Source: Candidatus Kerfeldbacteria bacterium
Lineage (GTDB): Bacteria > Patescibacteriota > Patescibacteriia > UBA10025 > JAHIVO01
Length of the DNA stretch: 64,000 nt
Reading direction: 5' to 3'
Assembly (NCBI GenBank): GCA_047946875.1
Contig: CP181398.1
Span: 777,041-841,040 of the forward strand
Shown: positions 18,949 through 26,969 of the stretch, piece by piece
Position numbering within the stretch: the first letter of the stretch is position 1
Layout: every line of letters starts with the position of its first letter
Notes under the pieces: model-generated
Databases searched by the model: none
Seen by the model: only the letters and a program-made list of their open reading frames with translations
What the model was told of the DNA's origin: nothing
Position numbers and translations under genes: made by a program

Positions 18949-19081
18949 TGGTCGAGGCTGAATTCGAACCAGCGACTTCTGCAATGTGAATACAGCGCTC
19001 CCCGCCCGTACCAAACGGGTACGTTCGGGCGGGTAACTTCATCCCGCCTGTTCTAGGCGGGGCAAGCTGAGCTACACGACC
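18949..19081 (-). pseudogene. tRNA-Val(CAC)-like gene with two hairpin insertions in the D-loop
   Basis: Acceptor GGTCGTG/CTCGACC (one T:T mismatch), anticodon arm CTGTA-TT-CAC-AT-TGCAG, T arm GCTGG-TTCGAAT-TCAGC; extra blocks at 19001..19033 and ~19038..19062. Confidence 0.8.
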
Positions 19082-19174
19082 ACATTATCTTAAGCGCTGA
19101 TACAAGATTTTTGATATTAAATTAATATTACCAATTCATCAAAAAAACCCTTTAAATACGTAATAATTGGTACA

Positions 19175-19202
19175 ATTATACCACAAAAAAACAAAAAGTC
19201 AA
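19175..19202 (-). promoter_or_regulatory. Sigma70-type promoter for the tRNA-Val cluster
   Basis: TTGACT (19202-19197), 16 bp, TGG-TATAAT (19180-19175). Confidence 0.65.
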
Positions 19203-19229
19203 GAAAAAATACCTACCTAAATCAATGCA

Positions 19230-21701
19230 TTACTTATCATCTTCAGGTGCAGAAAGATTACCTAAATCTGACGGTAAATCAGGAATATTTTTATCCTTCC
19301 TTACTTTAGTTTTTTTTGCTTTATCACTCTTTTTATTATTTTTCTTTACTGCTTTTTTTGTAACTTTTTTTTCAGCTGGAGGATTAACATCATTTTTATC
19401 ATCATCATTTGGATCTTTATCCATTACCACTTCTTCATCTTCAAGATGTATCTGCACATCTTTTTCATTCAAATGTTTAACGACCGTTTCTTCTTCACCT
19501 TTAACTTTCTTGTTAAGTTCTGCCGTAAAATGAATTGATCCACGATATTTTCCAATTGAAACTGTTTTACTATGGAAACTAGAATATCCTGATTTAACTA
19601 TAACTAAATAGTATTTACCAGATGGCAACAATGCATTAAATTGACCTCGTGAATTAGTAACTTTAGTAGCCACAACCATGCCAGTTTCTACATTATAAAT
19701 TCTGATAATTGCCATCTCAATTGGGTCTTCTGTATCCTTATCTTTAACTACACCCAAAGATTTACCAAGCCTCTTATTAATCAATGCTCTTAAAGCTAAT
19801 AATACTCCATAAAGGGATAAGATAACAAAATTACTTGTCTTTGGCTGTATAATTAAAGTACCCCAACTCAATAAAGTACCTACTATTAATAACGGTATAC
19901 TTATTTTTTCTAAGATATGACCAATATAACTAATAAATCTTAACCATTTTAATCTGCCTGGCGATATTGCTTTCATATTTGGATCTAACGGAATATTCAT
20001 CGCAAAAAATCCACCCTCTTTACCTTCAATTTCTAAAGTGTCCCCACGATAAACGTTATCATACTGACTAACAGAATCTGTCTTTAAGACATGGGATGGA
20101 AAGACATAACCAGGAGAACTAGCTGTAACAAAATATTTTCCTTTATCAATAATAAAACCAAATCTACCTTGACTATCAGCAATCTGACTTTCTTTTAACT
20201 TATTAAACTCACGGGTAAATATCTTGATAATAGCTCTAGGAATAGGTTTACCACTAATACTATCAAAAACCGTACCCCAAGAACGACGTTTTTTTCCTAA
20301 CATTATTGGTACAAGCCAGAAATATCCAAACCTGAAGAATAAATATAAAATATTATATATATTTGAGGTAGTGGCTACAACCAAAGCAATTCCAGTGGCA
20401 GCTATAACTGCTGAAGTTGCCATCACTGGTGTAACAACTGTTTCTACTACCTCGACAATCCCTTCATTATTTTTCAAAGATTTTAATGCATCGCCAATTG
20501 CTTCTGTAAAATCACGAATAGGTGCAGGTATAATACTATTAAAAGTATCTACTATTTTTTCAGCTAAAGGTTTTGCTAGTTCATCTATCTCTTCAATTAT
20601 TACACCTGGCTTAGCCTCTGGATCTATAATAATAAAACTATTACTAGCGCTCGTAGAATTACTCGCATTATCATAAGCTATAGCAGTCACTGAATGACTA
20701 CCTATTACTAATTCTGGTAAAGTAAATGGCGTAGTATCTCCAATATTAATTCCTACTGGATTACCTTGATCTGTTATTAAATCATAATGATGAATTCCTG
20801 ATGTATCGTCAGTAGTTTCAAAACTAATACGAGGATTTGTAACGGTAGTCCTTTTACCATCAAGTAATGTGATAGGAAAATTATTTGGAGGGGTTGTATC
20901 AATTTGTACTTTAAAGTGACTCGTAGGTCCCCAACCATCTTGATTTTGTGCACGAATATGGAAATACCATACTCCATCTCCAGTACCAACAAAACTAGTA
21001 GAGCTATCCGTAGTATCTACTATTTTGTCAGGGATATTCTCAGCCTGATCATCAAATGAAAAGCTATAACCAACATTATCATTCTCAGTTGACCATGAAA
21101 AAGATGTATCTGGATTTGCATACCAGGAATTCTGATCTGGGTGAGAAGATGAAGAAATAGTAGGTGTAGTAGGTAATTCTAAATCTGGTTCTGGGGGCTC
21201 TTCACCTGGCTCAGCAATAACATAAGTACCAGAGCCTGTACCACTCAACAAATCAGTGCCAACTGTAGCAGCTTCGTTGGACAGAACCAACGCTCCACCC
21301 ATCGTCGCATTTGCCGTCCCAGCTGACTTAGTTCTAAAACTAATTGTAAGCACTAAACCTGAAGTTCCATTATATCCACCTGCCAGACCACCTGGTAACC
21401 CGCCAGCGAATGTAATAGTACCACTAATATTTGAATAATTTGGAATTACTGGCCATAAAGTAAAAATACCACTACTAGAAACATTTGTTACTTCCAACAA
21501 GTTGGTCGGAAAAGATACTGTAGCCTGAGCAGCATTCATCGACTGTCCTCCAGAATTTACATATAATCCTACATTAAAACTATCACCAATCTCATATGAA
21601 GAATTTGAAGGACTAAAAAATAGAGTAGCTGCCTCAGCAATGTTAGGAGCAAACAATAAACCAAATATTAATAATATAGCAACAAAAATCTTTTTTGCCA
21701 T
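19230..21701 (-). CDS. Membrane-anchored cohesin-domain protein with Ig-like domains, TM segments and two carboxypeptidase-regulatory-like domains
   Basis: Likely ATG at 21701 (MAKKIFV..AEA, purine-rich SD). ATLFFSP..GDSFNV.LYVNS..NAAQATVSFP..LLEV cohesin pattern; SSSHPDQ..WY..DGVWYFHIRA..IDTTPP; GTVFDS..KPI..A.I....D.QGRF..G.Y twice; K/D/E-rich tail. Confidence 0.75.
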   Translation of the reverse strand: MAKKIFVAILLIFGLLFAPNIAEAATLFFSPSNSSYEIGDSFNVGLYVNSGGQSMNAAQATVSFPTNLLEVTNVSSSGIFTLWPVIPNYSNISGTITFAGGLPGGLAGGYNGTSGLVLTISFRTKSAGTANATMGGALVLSNEAATVGTDLLSGTGSGTYVIAEPGEEPPEPDLELPTTPTISSSSHPDQNSWYANPDTSFSWSTENDNVGYSFSFDDQAENIPDKIVDTTDSSTSFVGTGDGVWYFHIRAQNQDGWGPTSHFKVQIDTTPPNNFPITLLDGKRTTVTNPRISFETTDDTSGIHHYDLITDQGNPVGINIGDTTPFTLPELVIGSHSVTAIAYDNASNSTSASNSFIIIDPEAKPGVIIEEIDELAKPLAEKIVDTFNSIIPAPIRDFTEAIGDALKSLKNNEGIVEVVETVVTPVMATSAVIAATGIALVVATTSNIYNILYLFFRFGYFWLVPIMLGKKRRSWGTVFDSISGKPIPRAIIKIFTREFNKLKESQIADSQGRFGFIIDKGKYFVTASSPGYVFPSHVLKTDSVSQYDNVYRGDTLEIEGKEGGFFAMNIPLDPNMKAISPGRLKWLRFISYIGHILEKISIPLLIVGTLLSWGTLIIQPKTSNFVILSLYGVLLALRALINKRLGKSLGVVKDKDTEDPIEMAIIRIYNVETGMVVATKVTNSRGQFNALLPSGKYYLVIVKSGYSSFHSKTVSIGKYRGSIHFTAELNKKVKGEEETVVKHLNEKDVQIHLEDEEVVMDKDPNDDDKNDVNPPAEKKVTKKAVKKNNKKSDKAKKTKVRKDKNIPDLPSDLGNLSAPEDDK

Positions 21702-21726
21702 AATATCTACCCTCTCTCTTATATTT

Positions 21727-22881
21727 TTAATCTTCTTTTTTTGGTTGTGAGCGAACTTTAAATGCAAGAAATAATAGTAGTAAGATAATTATACTTATAA
21801 CTATTATTAAAAATAATGAATAAACTGTATCATCTCCAAAAAATGGACTCTTATTTTCAAATGGAACTATACCTAAATTTTTCTGTGTATAATTACCAGC
21901 TCGATCAAATGCAGTGACTGTAATAAGATTACTTCTACTTTGATCTTCTAAAATATATGGTGATGTGACATGGGTTGTAGATTTGTCACCTTCTTTAACA
22001 TCATAATAGTCAATACCGGAGCCTTTGTCAGTGGTAGAAAAAATTAAAATATATTTTCCATCATACAAAGTTGGTTCTTTTGAAATAACTGTATCAATAT
22101 CTAATGGTGCCTTACTATCAATCATAGCTCTCCTCTTACCAATCACTTCCCAATCTCCATCACCTATTTTTTCTTTCAATATAAAATAATATACTCCATC
22201 AGCTAAATCAGAAAAATTGACTTTACCGGTCGTTGATTCTCTATTATTATCAGGTTCTTCATCTGAATAATTACTCAAAATATAACTATAGATTGCATCT
22301 TTCTTTTGCTCCCACTCAACATTAAAATTATTATTTTTATACCAAGTACTCTCTTCTGGATGAGTAGAAGATTCAATATTAATAAATGTTGTATCGCTTA
22401 CACTAAATATTCCTGAAATTTTATTTAATTCTACCTCTGTCCCCAATCCATCATTTAGTAAGACTTTTGTACTTTCATTATCAAAATCTACTTCACCAAC
22501 ACCTGGAATTTTTGTTTTGAAAGTAATTGTTGCAATCTTACCATCTAATACCATGCTACCGCCGGGAATTCCGCCAGCTAATGAAATAATTCCCGCTGAT
22601 TCCTCAACAATCGGTTCTTTTATCCATAAAGTTAAAAAAGAGCCCCCACGTGATACTTTAACAACTTCCAATAAATCTGTTGGATATGTTATTGTTGTTT
22701 TTACCGCATTAATAATTTCTTGCTCACTATTCAAATGTATTTCAGCTAAAAAAGTTTCCCCTTTTGCAAATTCTTTTTGTACGGGATTTACAGAAATTAT
22801 TGCAGCCTGAGCTTGACTGAAAAATATTACACCAAAAATAATTAGTGGTAATATGATTAAAGTTTTTTTGAATGTAAACAT
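21727..22881 (-). CDS. Membrane-anchored cohesin-domain protein (paralogue of the N-terminal half of 19230..21701)
   Basis: Likely ATG at 22881; AQA signal site; GETF.AEI.LNS..INAV...ITYP.DLLEV cohesin pattern; SSTHPEESTWY..DGVYYF; C-terminal TM followed by basic residues. Confidence 0.75.
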   Translation of the reverse strand: MFTFKKTLIILPLIIFGVIFFSQAQAAIISVNPVQKEFAKGETFLAEIHLNSEQEIINAVKTTITYPTDLLEVVKVSRGGSFLTLWIKEPIVEESAGIISLAGGIPGGSMVLDGKIATITFKTKIPGVGEVDFDNESTKVLLNDGLGTEVELNKISGIFSVSDTTFINIESSTHPEESTWYKNNNFNVEWEQKKDAIYSYILSNYSDEEPDNNRESTTGKVNFSDLADGVYYFILKEKIGDGDWEVIGKRRAMIDSKAPLDIDTVISKEPTLYDGKYILIFSTTDKGSGIDYYDVKEGDKSTTHVTSPYILEDQSRSNLITVTAFDRAGNYTQKNLGIVPFENKSPFFGDDTVYSLFLIIVISIIILLLLFLAFKVRSQPKKED

Positions 22882-22895
22882 AATATTATAACAAT

Positions 22896-23807
22896 TTATT
22901 CTGTCCAATAAAATAGCATGATACTAAAGTCAACAATATTTACTATACCATCACTATTAATATCTGCTCTTTCATTAGCAGGATTTGCTGTATTCCAATA
23001 AAATAATAAAATACTAAAATCAACTAAATTCACAAAAGTATCACAATTAATATCCCCAGGTAATGCGCCATCACAAATATTTGGCTCATCAGCCGTTACA
23101 TTAAATATAACACTTTTACTAAATTCTGAGACCGCATCATTTACAGGTTCTATGGCTTGAGCCTTTGCCTCATGAGAGCCTTCTGCTAAATCATCAGCAT
23201 CATATAACTGTATCCATCTACCATTTGTATCAGCACTGGCTATACTTACTGCAATATGTTGTTCTCCAGCCGCAGCCCCGACCACTGGTGATGTTAATGT
23301 TACATTTACTTCACTATCAGGCACAGTAGTCCCTGATAAAGTAATAGTTTCACCACTAGAAATATTGGTTTGATCAGCTTCGATTGTCGGTCCTAAAAAG
23401 ATACCGCTGATCGTAGTAGTAGTACCTGTAGTTAAGGTTAATGTAAAATTTGATTGTTTACCCTCTAAACCATCTTGATCAAGACCAATCACAGAAAAGG
23501 TATAAGTGCCTGGATCAATAATTGCAGAAACTTCAAAGATTGCCTGAGATGTTGTAGAAATAATAGACAAAATTGATCCATCCTGACTAAAAGTCACAGT
23601 AGCAGATGGATAAGCTATCCCTCGAAATACAACTGTAGTATCTGGATCTTCTAATGGAGGTTCAGAAGCAACTGTAGCTGTAACAATAACCTGCTGAGAA
23701 GATTGTGCATCTACATAAGATACAACAGAATATCCCGCGACCAATAAGATCAGCGGGATAATCAGATATACAAAAAATTTAATTAAGTTAGGTCTTCTTT
23801 TTTTCAT
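22896..23807 (-). CDS. Secreted Ig-domain protein with a C-terminal dockerin-like domain
   Basis: Signal peptide ending VDA; duplicated Ca-binding repeats GDINCDTFVNLVDFSILLFYW and ADINSDGIVNIVDFSIMLFYW. Confidence 0.82.
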   Translation of the reverse strand: MKKRRPNLIKFFVYLIIPLILLVAGYSVVSYVDAQSSQQVIVTATVASEPPLEDPDTTVVFRGIAYPSATVTFSQDGSILSIISTTSQAIFEVSAIIDPGTYTFSVIGLDQDGLEGKQSNFTLTLTTGTTTTISGIFLGPTIEADQTNISSGETITLSGTTVPDSEVNVTLTSPVVGAAAGEQHIAVSIASADTNGRWIQLYDADDLAEGSHEAKAQAIEPVNDAVSEFSKSVIFNVTADEPNICDGALPGDINCDTFVNLVDFSILLFYWNTANPANERADINSDGIVNIVDFSIMLFYWTE

Positions 23808-23811
23808 TCAC

Positions 23812-24810
23812 CTATTTTTTTGCTTTTTTTATTATCCAAGCGTTATACTTTTTAAACAAGAATATTAATAATAATATCCCAAATACAATTACTATAAACC
23901 AGACTAATAATAAACGCCATGGCATGACCCAAAAAGTAACAGTTCCCGTATCTGAAACTATTTGGCTAGTTCCCGCGGTAATACTCAGAGTTGCTGTGTA
24001 TTTTCCAAAAGCAAAATTATCTTTTTCATTTCCAAATTCTTGCCAAAAGTCTGACCAAAAATTACCTGATACATTATCAACATTACCTTTTTCCCAAACA
24101 ATATCATATTTTCTGGTTGATTTTGGTAAAGTAGCACCTTTACTTGCATTGAAATCCAAAGTATCTGTAGTCTTACCAAATAAATTATTAATTTCTACAT
24201 TACCAACCGGTTTCAGATGAACATTACCAGTATTATTAAATCTAGAAACAAATCCTACAGGCAATCTATTAAACATTTTTTGACCATCTTCTACTATAAA
24301 TTCACTGATTGATCCCTGCTCATTAACATCACCCTCTACACTGGCCAAAATCAATGTACCAATTTTGGAGGCAACTTTAACCTGACCTTCTTCTGGTGCT
24401 GCTGAAGTAAAAAATAATGCTGCATAGTGACCACCTGGATCTGCATTTATCGGAGGATTAATAATAACCGAGACTTCATACCTTTCTCCAGATTCAATAA
24501 CAATAGGTCCTTCTTCGACATTCATCCAAGTACTTAAACCTATAGACTCAGTATTAAAGTCAAAATCAGGTTGACCAGTATCATCTTTTGCTGTGAAACT
24601 TCTAGCCTCTGTATAAAGCTCTATTGTTTCAGATGTTTCATTAAATAACTTAATAACTGTATTTACAGCTTGACCAGGTGTTAGACCTAATTCTAAAGTT
24701 GGAGGAATTAATGTGATTGCTTGAGCGGATGGAGCGATCCCAAAACCTATAATTGCAATAGCAAAAATAAACGCTATATAAATAATTTTCTTCTTAAAAT
24801 GTTGAAACAT
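23812..24810 (-). CDS. DUF916/WxL-interacting-like (fimbrial chaperone-like) protein with C-terminal membrane anchor
   Basis: AQA|ITLIPPTLEL.L.PG....IKLFN, W......I..GE...V...I..P..A.PGGHYAALFF, F.NTGNVHLKP.G.V.I.N.FG, C-terminal TM plus KKAKK. Confidence 0.72.
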   Translation of the reverse strand: MFQHFKKKIIYIAFIFAIAIIGFGIAPSAQAITLIPPTLELGLTPGQAVNTVIKLFNETSETIELYTEARSFTAKDDTGQPDFDFNTESIGLSTWMNVEEGPIVIESGERYEVSVIINPPINADPGGHYAALFFTSAAPEEGQVKVASKIGTLILASVEGDVNEQGSISEFIVEDGQKMFNRLPVGFVSRFNNTGNVHLKPVGNVEINNLFGKTTDTLDFNASKGATLPKSTRKYDIVWEKGNVDNVSGNFWSDFWQEFGNEKDNFAFGKYTATLSITAGTSQIVSDTGTVTFWVMPWRLLLVWFIVIVFGILLLIFLFKKYNAWIIKKAKK

Positions 24811-24832
24811 TTTTTTTATTTTAACTAATTAT

Positions 24833-25768
24833 TTATTCTTGCTGTGGTGTCTCATTCTTACTAGATTTCTTAGACATTTTAATGATTAAAGCAATCAATA
24901 AAATTAATACTAGAATGATAACAATAACTATTACTATACCCGTAGTAGTCATTACCCAAAATTCAATAGCTTCCGTATCTGTTACAGTGCCGTCTGTCAT
25001 AGTCAATGTAGCTGTGAATTTACCAAAACCAGTAACATCCCAATTTGCAACTGCAAACTCTCTTACAGATCCTGCTAATATTGCACCTTTTTCGCTATTT
25101 ACTGCAATTGATTCAACGTCTTTACCAAACATATCTGTAATTACTACAGTACCAGCTGGTTTTATATGAGCTTCACCAGTATTTTTAAAACGTACTGCAA
25201 ATTTTACGGCACCATCAGAATAGTTTGTTTTATCTGAAGTAAAAGTAGCAATACTACCTGCTTCAGTATAATCTCCTGCTACAGTAGCCATGAATAGAGT
25301 ACCTAATTTTGACTCTATTAATAATTGACCGTCTTGTTGATCAGGTAATGTTTCATTAAAGAATACTGCTACATAATGTCCTCCAGCTGTTGCATTTGCT
25401 GGTGTATCAAAAGTCACAGTTACCTCTTGAGTTGCGCCAACTTTGATTGTAATAGGACCTTCATCAACATCTACCCAAGTAGCAATACCAGTTTGAGCAG
25501 CTTCAAAATCAAAAGCTGGTTGACCAGTCTCGCCCTCGGCAGTAAAATTGATTACTTCTGTTTCTAATTTTATCTCTTCTTGTGTGTCATTTTTTAGTTC
25601 TACGACTGCTACTGTCTTTTCTCCCGCCGTCAGATCAACCTCCATAATAGCGGGGGTAAGACCTAAAGCTGATACCTGTGAAGGTACAACCAGCAAAGCA
25701 GCGAAGAACAGAGTAGTGATTCCTAGAAAAATAGTTTTTTTAAACATATATTCTATTTTATTAATCAT
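24833..25768 (-). CDS. Second DUF916/WxL-interacting-like protein with C-terminal membrane anchor
   Basis: Same motif series as its neighbour (LTPAIMEVDL.AGE, P..A.AGGHYVAVFF, FKNTGEAHIKP.G, FGKFTA.L); SD AGGAGG upstream. Confidence 0.72.
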   Translation of the reverse strand: MINKIEYMFKKTIFLGITTLFFAALLVVPSQVSALGLTPAIMEVDLTAGEKTVAVVELKNDTQEEIKLETEVINFTAEGETGQPAFDFEAAQTGIATWVDVDEGPITIKVGATQEVTVTFDTPANATAGGHYVAVFFNETLPDQQDGQLLIESKLGTLFMATVAGDYTEAGSIATFTSDKTNYSDGAVKFAVRFKNTGEAHIKPAGTVVITDMFGKDVESIAVNSEKGAILAGSVREFAVANWDVTGFGKFTATLTMTDGTVTDTEAIEFWVMTTTGIVIVIVIILVLILLIALIIKMSKKSSKNETPQQE

Positions 25769-25835
25769 TAATATCTACTCCCCTCCTAATTGTTCTTAAA
25801 TGAATATTTAAGTGAGAGTAAAAAATTTAGTTAGC

Positions 25836-26852
25836 TTAAAATAAACCAGTTGTAACTAAGGTTACAGTGTTGGTATAAGTCCCGGCTTCAGTTGTACCAG
25901 CAATGGATGCCAAGAAACATAATGTAGTAGCATCAGTTGAAACAGCGCCAGTTGCAGCAGCAAAAGTCTGAGGAGAAGCAGTTAATGCTGTAGCATTTGA
26001 TGTAGTTCCTGTATCAGCACAAGATGTTGGACTCCAAATACCTATCGTATTACCTGAATCTGAAGATGAAGCACCAAATTCTTCTGTACCAGCAACGATA
26101 GTACCGCCAGCAGTATCAGAAATAGTATCAGAAGCAACTGAAGTTAATGTATTATCGTAATATACTGTAGAACTATATCCATTTGCAGCATTAGTAGTAA
26201 CTGTTGAAGTAATACCATCTTGTGAGATCAAGGAAGCTGATAATGTCCCAAGATCAATAGTATTGGCACTTAAAGCTACTGTAATTGTTGGTTCAACATC
26301 AGCCGAAACAACTACCTGATCATCAGCTATAATATCTACAGCTACTTGTTGACTATCAATTACTGCCTGAGCAGCAGTTCTAGTCTGAACGGTAATAACT
26401 CCAGTAGTACCGGTAGTTGGTGTACCAAGAGCACCAGCTCCTGAATCAGTTATTAAAACACCGTATTCAGTGGAGGCAGTTAAATTAGTAACCCCTGTAA
26501 TAGTTAGAGTATCTGGTGTACCAGCACAAGTGGCAACTAATGTACCTGGCAATGCATTTGCACCATAGGTTGTACTACCAGCAGCAATAATAGTGTCAGC
26601 TGTGCGACACCATAAACCATTATCAGCAGCCGGGAAAATAATATGCACCTCAGCCTCAGTACCACTATTTCCAGCTGGGACAGTAAATACGATATTATGA
26701 CTAACTCCGCTAGTCAAACTTTGTTTTTGTCGATTCATATGATCCTCGACTGTTTCCAATGATTCTGCTTTTGCAATTTGTGCTGGCAATAACATTACCA
26801 TAACAAAAATCGCCATAAACATTACCATGGACATTTTTTTGAGTAATTTCAT
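25836..26852 (-). CDS. Secreted 338-aa probable major fibre subunit with C-terminal WxL/fimbrial-like domain
   Basis: AKA signal site; DDQVVVSADVEPTITVALS..IDLGTL....TVTTNAANGY....AGTYTNTVTLVTTGLF; small-residue rich; has its own promoter. Confidence 0.7.
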   Translation of the reverse strand: MKLLKKMSMVMFMAIFVMVMLLPAQIAKAESLETVEDHMNRQKQSLTSGVSHNIVFTVPAGNSGTEAEVHIIFPAADNGLWCRTADTIIAAGSTTYGANALPGTLVATCAGTPDTLTITGVTNLTASTEYGVLITDSGAGALGTPTTGTTGVITVQTRTAAQAVIDSQQVAVDIIADDQVVVSADVEPTITVALSANTIDLGTLSASLISQDGITSTVTTNAANGYSSTVYYDNTLTSVASDTISDTAGGTIVAGTEEFGASSSDSGNTIGIWSPTSCADTGTTSNATALTASPQTFAAATGAVSTDATTLCFLASIAGTTEAGTYTNTVTLVTTGLF

Positions 26853-26905
26853 AAGTTTTCTTTATTAATTAACTTATTTTATTAATTTATTAATATTACT
26901 TTATT

Positions 26906-26934
26906 ATTATATCATACTTTTTAAGAAATTGCAA
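26906..26934 (-). promoter_or_regulatory. Internal sigma70-type promoter for the 338-aa subunit and downstream genes
   Basis: TTGCAA (26934-26929), 17 bp, TGA-TATAAT (26911-26906). Confidence 0.65.
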
Positions 26935-26969
26935 CCTAATATATAAATTTTACCACAATATTACAGCTA

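Noticed and set aside
18750-19081. CRISPR array or group I intron in the tRNA region
   Set aside because: No regularly spaced identical repeats and no cas genes; the inserts are only 25-33 bp, far too small for self-splicing introns.
19230-23807. Cellulosome
   Set aside because: Cohesin and dockerin are present, but no glycoside hydrolase or CBM is recognisable on the dockerin protein, and each cohesin protein has a single cohesin.
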